The translations under genes were made by a program, and so were the position numbers. 64,000 bases of DNA from an uncultured Actinomycetota bacterium (lineage in GTDB: Bacteria; Actinomycetota; Actinomycetes; CAVWCF01). Position 1 is the stretch's first letter. Every line of letters starts with the position of its first letter. Location: NCBI GenBank assembly GCA_963753435.1, contig CAVWCF010000001.1, forward strand, positions 1,626,711-1,690,710, in the 5' to 3' direction. This document shows positions 1 through 9,884 of this stretch, piece by piece. The notes beneath the pieces are model-generated. The model had not been told where the DNA came from. It saw only the letters and a list, made by a program, of their open reading frames with translations, and ran no database searches.

Positions 1-115
1 TGGCCTGTGACGCACCCACCACGGCGACCGGCGCAGCTCGGCGCGACAGCGTGCCGCCCAGGAAGTCGGCGGTGCCCCAGAGCAGGCTCGACGTGAGCGC
101 GAGGAGGGCGGCCAT
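1..115 (-). CDS. partial CDS, N-terminus only (about 38 aa; MAALLALTSSLLWGTADFLGG...); hydrophobic, possibly EamA/DMT-type membrane protein; gene continues beyond window start
   Basis: ATG on minus strand at 115-113, hydrophobic in-frame continuation to position 1, high-GC third positions. Confidence 0.3.
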   Translation of the reverse strand, partial: MAALLALTSSLLWGTADFLGGTLSRRAAPVAVVGASQA

Positions 116-163
116 TGGTAAGTCCTACACTTCATCCGGAACCAGCAGACCGGGTGTCTGCAC

Positions 164-239
164 GCCGGCGTGGCGCAATTGGCAGCGCACCTGTCTTGTA
201 AACAGGCGGTTCCCGGTTCGAGTCCGGGCGTCGGCTCCA
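164..239 (+). tRNA. tRNA-Thr (anticodon TGT), CCA encoded
   Basis: Cloverleaf by eye: acceptor GCCGGCG/CGTCGGC, anticodon stem CCTGT/ACAGG with loop CTTGTAA, T-loop GTTCGAGTC, 3' TCCA. Confidence 0.9.
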
Positions 240-271
240 GTTCGGAGCCGGTTAGGGCCGTTCGCGCTCCG

Positions 272-649
272 TCACCATTCTGCGTAGAGATCGTCGCCAT
301 CGCGCGCGACCGGATAAGTGGTCAGCGGTGACGGCTTGCGGCCCATGCCGATCAACTTCTGCGACCACCCCGGGACCTTGCGGCCGGCGAAGCCGACCGC
401 CCAGTCGCGGTTCTCCCCGGAACAGAGGTCGAAGCGGGAACTGTGCCACGGGCAGGTGATCTCGCCGTTCTCCGCGTGCGGCCCGCCGGGGCCTTTGGTC
501 AGCGACAGCCCCATGTGCGGGCAGCGGTTCTTCACGACGCACACGTTGTCGCCGTCCCGCCACACCACGAGGTTCGTGCCGTCGATGCTGACGGGGGTGG
601 CCTGCCCGTCAGCGAATTCCGTGAACGCACCGATTCGATGTTTGGTCAT
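272..649 (-). CDS. Rieske (2Fe-2S) domain protein
   Basis: CPHMG...CPWH Rieske cluster-binding boxes in the 125-aa ORF. Confidence 0.8.
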   Translation of the reverse strand: MTKHRIGAFTEFADGQATPVSIDGTNLVVWRDGDNVCVVKNRCPHMGLSLTKGPGGPHAENGEITCPWHSSRFDLCSGENRDWAVGFAGRKVPGWSQKLIGMGRKPSPLTTYPVARDGDDLYAEW

Positions 650-703
650 GGCTCGACCCTAGGGTTTGCGGTCGGGAAGCATCCGGGGAAGGCGGCTCTG
701 GCA

Positions 704-719
704 ATACCCCGGGGGGTAT
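704..719. promoter_or_regulatory. CsoR/RicR-type operator-like palindrome ATACCCC-GG-GGGGTAT in the divergent Rieske / small-ORF intergenic region
   Basis: Perfect inverted repeat; resembles ATACCC-N-GGGTAT CsoR operators; near-identical copy at 25293-25309 beside csoR. Confidence 0.5.
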
Positions 720-761
720 GCTACGGTTCGCCATCACGTTTCGAGACAGGAGAACGATTCG

Positions 762-878
762 ATGTGTAGCCCCGCTCGCTGCCGCCGCTGCGGCAAGGCC
801 ACGTACTCCGGCTGTGGCATGCATGTGGACCAGGTGCTTGGCGGCGTGCCCGCTTCGGAGCGCTGCTCCTGCCGATGA
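762..878 (+). CDS. small cysteine-rich protein (38 aa, 6 Cys: MCSPARCRRCGKATYSGCGMHVDQVLGGVPASERCSCR), candidate metal-binding peptide
   Basis: ATG at 762 preceded by acaGGAGaa SD; operator palindrome 43 nt upstream; ATGA overlap with next ORF. Confidence 0.5.
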   Translation: MCSPARCRRCGKATYSGCGMHVDQVLGGVPASERCSCR

Positions 879-1072
879 ACGGCAACACGCGCGCCTACTC
901 TGAGCGCGTGGAGAACCACGTGGAGCACATCGACCCGTTGATCCTCGACTCCGTGCACGCCGTCCGGGACCGGTTCGGACCGGACGGATTGCGCGCTCTC
1001 ATCGCCGAGGCCGAAGCGGAGATCGCCCAGGCCGAGTCGGCGATGGACAAGTTGGAGCCTTCGCCTGAATAA
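875..1072 (+). CDS. small hypothetical protein (65 aa) translationally coupled to the Cys-rich ORF
   Basis: ATGA start/stop overlap at 875-878; GC3-rich codon usage. Confidence 0.45.
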   Translation: MNGNTRAYSERVENHVEHIDPLILDSVHAVRDRFGPDGLRALIAEAEAEIAQAESAMDKLEPSPE

Positions 1073-1089
1073 GCGGCGATGATTCGCCA

Positions 1090-1791
1090 GTGAATCTCGC
1101 CCAGCCCCAGCCGACCACTCGGCGCTGGGCTCCGGTCGTTGTCGTGATCGCTGCGCTGCTCGCCACGAATCTTCTGGACAACTGGCTTTGGCCCGACGGC
1201 TATCTCCTTGTGCACGTTGCCGTAGCTGTTCTGCTTGTCGGCGTAGCCCGGCGCGACGGCCGCACATGGCACGACCTCGGCCTGGCCGGCGCCGACTGGC
1301 GTCGTGGTCTCGTCTGGGCCGCATGGCTGGTCGCCATCGTCGCCGGCGTCTTGGCTCTTGCGGCTCTGCTGCCCGCCTTCTCCGGTTTCTTCGATGACCA
1401 GAAGGCCGCCGACCTCTCCGCGGCCGCGCTGGCGTTTCAGATGTTCGTCCGAATCCCGCTGGGCACCGCAGTCTTCGAGGAGCTGGCGTTTCGGGGGGTG
1501 CTGCTGGCCCTGCTGATCCCGCGGCTTGGGCTGCGAAGTGCGGCGATCCTGTCGTCATTGCTTTTCGGCGTGTGGCACGTGTTGCCTAGCCTGAGCCTGG
1601 CCGATCGCAACGAGGGGCTTTCCGGGGTGGGGCTTTGGGCGGTGCTCCTTTCGGTCCTGTTCACGACGCTGGCCGGGTTGTTCCTGACGTGGATCCGGGT
1701 CAGGTCGGGTTCGCTGATCGCTCCGGCAGCGCTGCACTGGGCGGTCAACGCTCTGGCGTTGGCAGCCGCCTGGCTTGTGGCCGCCTCCTGA
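1090..1791 (+). CDS. CPBP family intramembrane metalloprotease (CAAX protease / Abi family)
   Basis: EELAFRG, FGVWH and HWAVN motifs; multiple TM segments; GTG start. Confidence 0.8.
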   Translation: MNLAQPQPTTRRWAPVVVVIAALLATNLLDNWLWPDGYLLVHVAVAVLLVGVARRDGRTWHDLGLAGADWRRGLVWAAWLVAIVAGVLALAALLPAFSGFFDDQKAADLSAAALAFQMFVRIPLGTAVFEELAFRGVLLALLIPRLGLRSAAILSSLLFGVWHVLPSLSLADRNEGLSGVGLWAVLLSVLFTTLAGLFLTWIRVRSGSLIAPAALHWAVNALALAAAWLVAAS

Positions 1792-1849
1792 CTACGGCTC
1801 CTCAGCGCGCCTCGTCGGTGCCGGTCCGTCGGCTTGGCACAGTTAACGG

Positions 1850-2596
1850 ATGGCCATGGGTTTGCGGGCGAAGGACGCGGAGTCGCTCGCGCGCTACGAA
1901 CGATCGACGGCGCTCCCGGTGTACGCCCTCGCCTTCGTGGCTCTGGTTGCCTTCATCGGCTGGCTCCCCGACTCCCAGTTCTCAAGTGGCACTCTGGTCA
2001 TCTACGCGATCTGCAACGTGCTCTTGCTGGCAGACCTGCTGATCCGGGTGGTGCTGGCGCCGGACGCCCGACGCTTCCTGACCCGCCATCCGTTCGACGT
2101 ACTCAGCGTCATCTTTGTGCCGCTGCGTCTGTTGGGAGTGCAACGGCTGTGGCGACTCGTCGGGCCGCAGTTCGATTCGCCCAAGACGGCGCTACGCGGG
2201 GTCATGGCGGTCGCCATCGTCCTCGTGCTGATCGGCGGTTCGTTCATCGCGCTGGTGGAGCGCGCACCAGACAGCAACATCAACGGCGTCGGCGACGGCA
2301 TCTGGTGGGCGTTCGTCACGATCACCACGGTTGGCTATGGGGACGAGTTCCCAGTCACGACGTCAGGGCGCCTCATCGGCATAGTCACGATGGCCGCCGG
2401 GATCGCGGTGTGGTCCGTACTCACCGCGACTATCGCCAGTCGGTTCAATCGGGCCATGGCGGCGCGCAGCACCGGCGACGATGTGATGGACGAGCGCGAC
2501 ATTGCCGCGCACCTGGCTCAGCTGGAGCGGAGTATCAGCGAACTGTCGAGCCGACTGCCTCAGCCGGGCGCCGGGTCCGAAGGCGGCAAGACGTAG
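1850..2596 (+). CDS. potassium channel family protein (2-TM/voltage-gated-like ion transport protein)
   Basis: TVGYGD selectivity filter, TM helices, cytoplasmic C-terminus. Confidence 0.85.
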   Translation: MAMGLRAKDAESLARYERSTALPVYALAFVALVAFIGWLPDSQFSSGTLVIYAICNVLLLADLLIRVVLAPDARRFLTRHPFDVLSVIFVPLRLLGVQRLWRLVGPQFDSPKTALRGVMAVAIVLVLIGGSFIALVERAPDSNINGVGDGIWWAFVTITTVGYGDEFPVTTSGRLIGIVTMAAGIAVWSVLTATIASRFNRAMAARSTGDDVMDERDIAAHLAQLERSISELSSRLPQPGAGSEGGKT

Positions 2597-2910
2597 ACCT
2601 TGCGCAGGGTTTCGTGCACTGTCCACGTTGTCTCTGCACCGCGTTGCAGTATGCCGATGTCACCTGGTCCCACCTCGAGCGTCGGCCCGTTGGCAACCTC
2701 GATCGTCGCCCGGCCCTTGAGGACCACAAAGACCTCGTCGGCCTCCACGTCCGTCGAGGTACCGACGGAGTGTTGCCATACGCCCACTTCCAGCGGCGCA
2801 TCGCTGACCTCAGCGGCGGCAACGTCCGGCGTCCCCGCGAGCACCTGGTCAGGGTCCAAGGGCGTTGGATCCAGGGGGAGTTGCTGGGCGTGCACCACGC
2901 GGCAAGTCAT
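2560..2910 (-). CDS. cupin domain protein
   Basis: Small beta-barrel cupin-like sequence; convergent 37-nt 3' overlap with K+ channel gene. Confidence 0.6.
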   Translation of the reverse strand: MTCRVVHAQQLPLDPTPLDPDQVLAGTPDVAAAEVSDAPLEVGVWQHSVGTSTDVEADEVFVVLKGRATIEVANGPTLEVGPGDIGILQRGAETTWTVHETLRKVYVLPPSDPAPG

Positions 2911-3029
2911 GCGGCCACGCTAGCGGCGCGGGTGAATGACACCGTTGGGATTCGACGGATACAGTTGCCGCGCGGCCCGGGAGGGGAAGCCCGGGCCGCA
3001 CTGAAGCAGCACGAGAGGGGATCGCCCGG

Positions 3030-3317
3030 ATGCAGGCCGCAGAGCGCGACGCCGCGCAGCCCGCTGAGTCGCTATCCGACCGTGACCGCAGCATCCTGGA
3101 GTTCGAGCGCCAGTGGTGGAAGTTCGCCGGCGCCAAGGAACAGGCGATCCGTGACCTCTTCGGCATGTCCAGTACCCGCTACTACCAAGTGCTGAATGCG
3201 CTGATCGACCGCCCCGGTGCGTTGGAGTTCGACCCCCTCCTGGTCAAGCGTCTTCGGCGACTACGGGCGTCCCGGCAGCGGGCTCGCGCTGCCCGGCGAC
3301 TGGGCTTCGAGGCCTGA
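3030..3317 (+). CDS. DUF3263 domain protein
   Basis: LSDRDRSILEFERQWW... signature typical of DUF3263, commonly adjacent to LytR/LCP genes. Confidence 0.7.
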   Translation: MQAAERDAAQPAESLSDRDRSILEFERQWWKFAGAKEQAIRDLFGMSSTRYYQVLNALIDRPGALEFDPLLVKRLRRLRASRQRARAARRLGFEA

Positions 3318-3325
3318 GCGCAGCG

Positions 3326-3925
3326 ATGAGTCCGGGACAGCACCGTGCCGGTGCACAGGTTGAGGGCGCCGAGGTCGAAACCGAGACCCGCGACCGGTCC
3401 TGGGTGCCGTCAATCCTGCTGGGCGCGGTCGTAGCGGTACTAGTGGGCGTGGGGCTGCTCGGCTGGCTCAACAACGGCACCGACGATGTTGCCGCGACAC
3501 CGGTCACGACCCCGACGCCGGTGGCCCAGCCCACGCCGACCCCTACTCCTACTCCGACGCCGACCCCGAGCCCAACTCCCACGGCGACCCCGAGCCCCAC
3601 GGCTACTGCCACCCCCACGCCGACGCCGTCGGCCAGCCGCATTCCGCCGGCGCAGGCGCCGCAGATCGCGGTACTGAACCAGTCCGGCGTGGCCGGCGAG
3701 GCGGCCCGAGTGGCGGCGGAGTTGGACAACCTCGGCTACAGCGTGACGGGCGTCGGCAACTGGCGTGGCAACGTGCCGGCAACCACCGTCTACTACCCGC
3801 CGGGCGAGGAAGCAGCGGCGGCTCAGGTCGCTGCCGACCTCGGCGTGAGCCGCACCAGGGAGCGCGTGGACCCGATGCGCCAGGACGCGCTGACGGTCAT
3901 CATCACTGCCGCGCTCGACCTCTGA
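3326..3925 (+). CDS. LytR C-terminal domain (LytR_C) protein with N-terminal TM anchor and Pro/Thr-rich linker
   Basis: TM segment, PT repeat linker, C-terminal LytR_C-like region (VLNQSG..., VYYPPG...). Confidence 0.7.
   Translation: MSPGQHRAGAQVEGAEVETETRDRSWVPSILLGAVVAVLVGVGLLGWLNNGTDDVAATPVTTPTPVAQPTPTPTPTPTPTPSPTPTATPSPTATATPTPTPSASRIPPAQAPQIAVLNQSGVAGEAARVAAELDNLGYSVTGVGNWRGNVPATTVYYPPGEEAAAAQVAADLGVSRTRERVDPMRQDALTVIITAALDL
3500..3640 (+). repeat. low-complexity coding repeat (Pro-Thr/Pro-Ser linker, ACGCCGACCCCGAGCCC-type units)
   Basis: Visible tandem PT(P)TP codon repeats inside the LytR_C gene. Confidence 0.7.
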
Positions 3926-3995
3926 TTCGCGCTCATCCCCGGGGCCGGTTCGGCCTGCCGCTCGACTGAAGTACTCTTCGGCCCCACAACCGAAT

Positions 3996-4120
3996 ACTCA
4001 TCAAGAGGGGCAGAGGGAACCGGCCCGGTGAAGCCCCGGCAACCACCCAGGAGTCATCGCATCGCGAGGCCGCCTGTGGCGAAGGTGCCAAGTCCGGCCC
4101 CCGACTCGGGGAAAGATGAG
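3996..4120 (+). promoter_or_regulatory. SAM-I (S-box) riboswitch in the leader of the thrC-like/sulfur-carrier operon
   Basis: ACTCATCAAGAGGGGCAGAGGGAACCGGCCCGGTGAAGCCCCGGCAACC ... GGTGCCAAGTCCGGCC ... GATGAG matches S-box core (P1 CTCATC/GATGAG, kink-turn, GGCAACC, GCCAAnuCC); P1 3' strand abuts SD GAGGAGG. Confidence 0.7.
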
Positions 4121-4133
4121 GAGGAGCCTCGCC

Positions 4134-5399
4134 TTGACCACCACCCTCGAAACCACCGCTGTTGGCGCCTTTGGGCCTGCGGTCGGCCTGGTCTGTCGCG
4201 AATGCGGTAGCCCGGCCGGACTCGGCCTCCACTACGCGTGCCTGGAATGCTTCGGCCCGCTGGAGGTCGCCTACGACTTCGGCGCCGTTACCCGCGAGCA
4301 GATCGAAGCCGGGCCTAACTCGATCTGGCGCTACGCCCCCTTGCTGCCGGTCCCGGCCGATTCAGCAGTTGCGCCGAACCTCCATCCGGGGCGTACCCAG
4401 CTGGTGCGCGCCGACAACCTGGCTGCTGAGCTGGGGATGCGTTCGCTCTGGGTAAAGGACGACTCGGGTAACCCCACCCACTCGTTCAAGGACCGCGTGG
4501 TCGCGGTCGCGCTGGCCGCCGGCCGTGCGCTGGGGGTGCGCACGGTGGCCTGCGCCTCCACGGGCAACCTGGCCAACGCAGTCGCCGCCGCCGCCGCCCG
4601 CGCCGGGTTGAAATCAGTGGTGTTCATCCCGTCCGACCTGGAGGCCGGCAAGGTCGTCACCACCGCCGTCTACGGCGGCACTCTGGTCGCAGTCGACGGC
4701 AGCTACGACGACGTCAACCGGTTGTGCAGCGAGGTGGCCGGGGAAACCGACTGGGGCTTCGTCAACGTGAACCTGCGCCCCTACTACGCCGAAGGTTCCA
4801 AGACCGTCGGCTACGAGGTCGCCGAGCAACTCGGGTGGCGACTGCCGCAGCAGGTAGTTGTCCCCATCGCGTCCGGCTCGCTGCTCACCAAGGTCGACAA
4901 GTCCTGGCGTGAGTTGGTCTCGCTCGGTCTGGTCGAGGACGCCCCGTACCGGGTCTTCGGCGCACAGGCGACTGGTTGCTCGCCGGTTTCGAAGGCGTTC
5001 GCTGCCGGGCACGACGTCGTGCAGCCAGTGCGGCCGGCGACGATCGCCAAGTCGTTGGCGATCGGCAACCCGGCCGACGGTCCGTACGCCCTGGACTCGG
5101 TGCGGCGCACCGGCGGCGCCATCGCCGACGTCAGCGATGACGAGGTAGTGGAAGGGATCCGCCTGCTGGCCCGCACCGAAGGCATCTTCGGTGAGACCGC
5201 CGGCGGGGTCACGGTGGCGACGCTGCGCCGCCTCCTGGCCGACGGGTTGCTGGATCCGGAGGCGGAGACCGTCATCCTGAACACCGGGGACGGGCTGAAG
5301 ACCCTCGACGCCGTTGCGCCCGTGGCCGGGCCGTCCGTTGTCATTCCGCCGTCGCTGGATGCGTTCCGTGAGTTCTCTCGAGAGGCTGGTGTGGCGTGA
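4134..5399 (+). CDS. threonine synthase-like PLP-dependent enzyme with N-terminal zinc ribbon (MetM-like candidate homocysteine synthase)
   Basis: CxxC...CxxC ribbon, PLP-lysine motif HSFKDRV, fold-type II PLP enzyme; probable TTG start at 4134 (the in-frame ATG at 4116 lies inside riboswitch P1); GTGA overlap with downstream sulfur carrier. Confidence 0.8.
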   Translation: MTTTLETTAVGAFGPAVGLVCRECGSPAGLGLHYACLECFGPLEVAYDFGAVTREQIEAGPNSIWRYAPLLPVPADSAVAPNLHPGRTQLVRADNLAAELGMRSLWVKDDSGNPTHSFKDRVVAVALAAGRALGVRTVACASTGNLANAVAAAAARAGLKSVVFIPSDLEAGKVVTTAVYGGTLVAVDGSYDDVNRLCSEVAGETDWGFVNVNLRPYYAEGSKTVGYEVAEQLGWRLPQQVVVPIASGSLLTKVDKSWRELVSLGLVEDAPYRVFGAQATGCSPVSKAFAAGHDVVQPVRPATIAKSLAIGNPADGPYALDSVRRTGGAIADVSDDEVVEGIRLLARTEGIFGETAGGVTVATLRRLLADGLLDPEAETVILNTGDGLKTLDAVAPVAGPSVVIPPSLDAFREFSREAGVA

Positions 5400-5677
5400 G
5401 CGTCACCGTTCGAATCCCCACGATCCTGCGCCCGCACACCGGCGGCGCCGCTGAGGTCGCCGTCACCGGTGACACCTTGGCTGCGGTGCTGGACTCCCTG
5501 GAGGCTGCGCACCCCGGCATCCGCGCCCGGGTGCTCGACGATGACGGCCGGTTGCGGCGTTTCGTCAACGTCTACGTCGGCGAGGAGGACGTGCGATTCG
5601 CCGACGGGCTGGACACCGCCACCCCCGCGGGCGTGACCGTCAGTGTGATTCCCGCCGTCGCCGGTGGCTGCTGCTAG
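5396..5677 (+). CDS. MoaD/ThiS-family sulfur carrier protein (CysO/MetO-like) with C-terminal GG followed by two Cys
   Basis: Closely resembles mycobacterial CysO (VTVSIPTILRPHTGG...VNVYV...EDVRF...LPAVAGG) but ends AVAGGCC. Confidence 0.75.
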   Translation: MSVTVRIPTILRPHTGGAAEVAVTGDTLAAVLDSLEAAHPGIRARVLDDDGRLRRFVNVYVGEEDVRFADGLDTATPAGVTVSVIPAVAGGCC

Positions 5678-5816
5678 GGTTCGCCCTGGTCGGGTTCCCG
5701 CCCGCCTTCGGCGGTCGGGGCCCACGGACTGTTCCGCCCCACCCGGGTGAGTACGGCGCGTGGTACGACCCGGGTGCGCGACCGCGGCCTGACGCATTAG
5801 GTAACAGGAGACACCC

Positions 5817-6032
5817 ATGCCGCAGGGCACGGTGAAGTGGTTCAACTCTGAGAAGGGCTACGGCTTCATTCAGGCGGACGCGGAAGACGGCGGTCAGCCG
5901 TACGACGTGTTCGTCCACTTCTCGGCGATCAACATGCAGGGATACAAGACGCTGGAAGAAAACCAGCGTGTTTCGTTCGACGTCACCACGGGCCAGAAGG
6001 GCCCGCAGGCGGAGAACGTTCAGGCTGTCTGA
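5817..6032 (+). CDS. cspA: cold-shock protein CspA family
   Basis: [12 protein letters not shown] / [11 protein letters not shown] motifs; long 5' UTR. Confidence 0.9.
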   Translation: MPQGTVKWFNSEKGYGFIQADAEDGGQPYDVFVHFSAINMQGYKTLEENQRVSFDVTTGQKGPQAENVQAV

Positions 6033-6049
6033 CGCTCGAGCTAACGAAA

Positions 6050-6080
6050 GACCCCGGTCGGAAACGGCCGGGGTCTTTCA
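6050..6080 (+). terminator. rho-independent terminator after cspA
   Basis: GACCCCGG...CCGGGGTC stem followed by TTTCA. Confidence 0.6.
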
Positions 6081-6117
6081 CATTCGCAGCCGCCGAAGCG
6101 CGGCCGGCGCATTCGGC

Positions 6118-6504
6118 TCAGTAGCGCGACTCGTCGGCCTCGTCCAGTGATGCGTCGAAGCCGTCCTCGACCACCAGGTGGATCGCAGCCTCTTCGGCGC
6201 TCAGGTCGTCGCCGTCGGCCGGCCCGCCCTCATGCGCCACGGCTTCGGCAGTGACGTCGGAATGGGCGCCCTCATCGTCCTCGACGAGGCGCCCTACCGC
6301 CGTCGGGTCCGTTCGGTGTCCGAAGGAGTGCGCGACATCGTCGGTGCCGAGGTTGTCGGAGACGTCGGCCAGCAGCGCATCCGCAACGTCTTGGCCCGGG
6401 TCGTCGCCGGGAAGGTGCGTCATCTCGCTCATGAGCCGATCCTGCGGCTTGGTCGGGCCCCAGGGAAGGGCCATCGGTCCCCGTCGCGGACCGTTTGCAC
6501 TCAC
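6118..6504 (-). CDS. acidic hypothetical protein (DUF5709-like); probable true start at internal ATG 6432
   Basis: Asp/Glu-rich ORF with GC3 bias; AGGA 8 nt upstream of the internal ATG. Confidence 0.5.
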   Translation of the reverse strand: MSANGPRRGPMALPWGPTKPQDRLMSEMTHLPGDDPGQDVADALLADVSDNLGTDDVAHSFGHRTDPTAVGRLVEDDEGAHSDVTAEAVAHEGGPADGDDLSAEEAAIHLVVEDGFDASLDEADESRY

Positions 6505-6520
6505 TTAGGCAGAGTGCTAA
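6494..6520 (+). promoter_or_regulatory. CIRCE element 1 (HrcA operator) TTTGCACTC-N9-GAGTGCTAA
   Basis: One mismatch to TTAGCACTC-N9-GAGTGCTAA consensus, upstream of groEL. Confidence 0.75.
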
Positions 6521-6527
6521 CGTCGCG

Positions 6528-8259
<1,732 letters not shown>

Positions 8260-8277
8260 GTCCTGTTCTCGCAACAA

Positions 8278-8313
8278 AGCGGGGCGGTCCCGAGAGGGAC
8301 CGCCCCGCTTTGC
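8278..8313 (+). terminator. rho-independent terminator after groEL
   Basis: AGCGGGGCGGTCCC-GAGAG-GGGACCGCCCCGCT followed by TTTGCATT. Confidence 0.7.
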
Positions 8314-8387
8314 ATTGGCGTGCAAGTGTGGGAGCCGCTGCCCTCTTTACGCTCGCAAGCGCCTTACGCTTCGGGCCGAGGTGAGAA

Positions 8388-9092
8388 ATGGCCGAACTGC
8401 ATGAGGCGTCCGATTCGGGTAACGGTGTCGACTCCGGTCCCGCAACGGTTGCTGATGTTGGGATCGTCGAGGCGACGAAAGACCGCTTCCGCCGGATCGA
8501 GACGTGGGCAGCAATCCTCATGGCCGTCACAACGATCCTGACGGCCTGGTCGGCCTTTCAGTCGGCCAAGTGGTCCGGGGCAATGTCGATCGAATTCAGT
8601 CAAGCCAACACCGACCGGAACCTGGCTTCCAGGGCGGCGTCGGAGTCCGGTCAGCGGGCGATCGTGCAGGTTTCGCTCTTCGAGGAATGGCTACTCGCCA
8701 AGGCCGAAGGTGATGACCGGCTGGCTGACTATTTGCAGGCTCAGTTCCCTGACTCGTTCAAGCCGGCATTCGACAGCTGGCTGGCCTTGGTGCCTCCGGG
8801 TGAGGTGCCCTCGGACACTCCGTTCGACCAGCCCAACTACGAACTGCCGCTGCAGCAGGAAGTCGACCGCCTTGATCTCCAGGCCGAGGGGCATTTCCGA
8901 CAGGCCCTGGCCAACAATCAGCGGGGCGACAACTACACGCTGCTGACGGTCCTGTTCGCCTCGGTGCTCTTCTTCGCCGGGATCTCGAACAGGTTCGAGT
9001 CGGATTGGGCGAGCCGCTTCCTGCTGGGTGCTGCGGCGGTCACGTTCTTCGTGGGCATTGCGTTGGTCGGCGTCTTCCCGAAACTGGTCTGA
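8388..9092 (+). CDS. hypothetical membrane protein (TM near N- and C-termini; DUF4337-like)
   Basis: GAGGTGAG SD, two hydrophobic segments, ATGA overlap with next gene. Confidence 0.6.
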   Translation: MAELHEASDSGNGVDSGPATVADVGIVEATKDRFRRIETWAAILMAVTTILTAWSAFQSAKWSGAMSIEFSQANTDRNLASRAASESGQRAIVQVSLFEEWLLAKAEGDDRLADYLQAQFPDSFKPAFDSWLALVPPGEVPSDTPFDQPNYELPLQQEVDRLDLQAEGHFRQALANNQRGDNYTLLTVLFASVLFFAGISNRFESDWASRFLLGAAAVTFFVGIALVGVFPKLV

Positions 9093-9355
9093 TGACGATC
9101 CTGGTCGACCCACCGAAGTGGCACGCCCACAACCGGCTGTGGGGCCACCTGGTCTCCGATCACTCCTATGCGGAGTTGCACGCGTTCGCGCGTCGATTGG
9201 GGATTCCGGAGCGGGGCTTCGACCGCGACCACTACGACCTGCCGGAAGAGGTGCTGCCGCACGCCGTCGCGCTCGGCGCGCACATCGTGCCCTCTGCGGA
9301 GTTGGTGCGACGGTTGACCGCGGCCGGGCTGCGCCGCCGCAAACCGCGCCGCTAG
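9092..9355 (+). CDS. DUF4031 domain protein
   Basis: VDPPKWHAHNRLWGHLVSD...ELHAFA...GFDRDHYDLPE signature. Confidence 0.6.
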   Translation: MTILVDPPKWHAHNRLWGHLVSDHSYAELHAFARRLGIPERGFDRDHYDLPEEVLPHAVALGAHIVPSAELVRRLTAAGLRRRKPRR

Positions 9356-9389
9356 CGCTTCTTGACGCGGCACTGGTAGCCGTGTCGCG

Positions 9390-9884
9390 TCAGTGGCCCA
9401 GCAGCAACTTGGTAACCGAGGCGCCCAGGACGATCACGACGATGATCATGGCGTAGGCAAGCCGTCGCCACACAGCCACATGCGCGCGAGTTGCCACAAA
9501 GAAGGCGATGCTGCCGGCCAGGGCAGCGAGCGCCAGGTCGGCCGCCCGGATCCACCAGTCGATGTCGTCGGACAGCAGTGAACCGATCGTCAACCCCACG
9601 GTGGCTGCCGCTGAAGGCAGCAGTAGCGGCAACTCCTCCTGGAAGAGGCTGCGGTAGGCGCCCAGCGGTTGCCGCCCTCGGGTGGTCAACCGATGGGACA
9701 ACGCCCCGGCCACCCCATGCGCGACCAGGAGGCCGACCCCAGTGGCCCAGACCAGGCCCACCAGTGCGCCGACGGCGAAGCTGAACTCCTGCACCTGGAT
9801 TCCGAATAGCACCGCTGTCGTGGTGATCGTTCCGTACAGGACACGGTCGATCCAATGCCGTGCCTTGAGTGCCGCCTCGGTCAC
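9390..9884 (-). CDS. hypothetical integral membrane protein, translationally coupled downstream of XPB
   Basis: 4-5 TM helices; ATGA overlap with XPB stop at 9881-9884. Confidence 0.55.
   Translation of the reverse strand: MTEAALKARHWIDRVLYGTITTTAVLFGIQVQEFSFAVGALVGLVWATGVGLLVAHGVAGALSHRLTTRGRQPLGAYRSLFQEELPLLLPSAAATVGLTIGSLLSDDIDWWIRAADLALAALAGSIAFFVATRAHVAVWRRLAYAMIIVVIVLGASVTKLLLGH

Noticed and set aside
4116-4133. ATG at 4116 as the thrC-like start
   Set aside because: Lies inside the riboswitch P1 helix and upstream of the SD GAGGAGG; in-frame TTG at 4134 with proper spacing is more plausible
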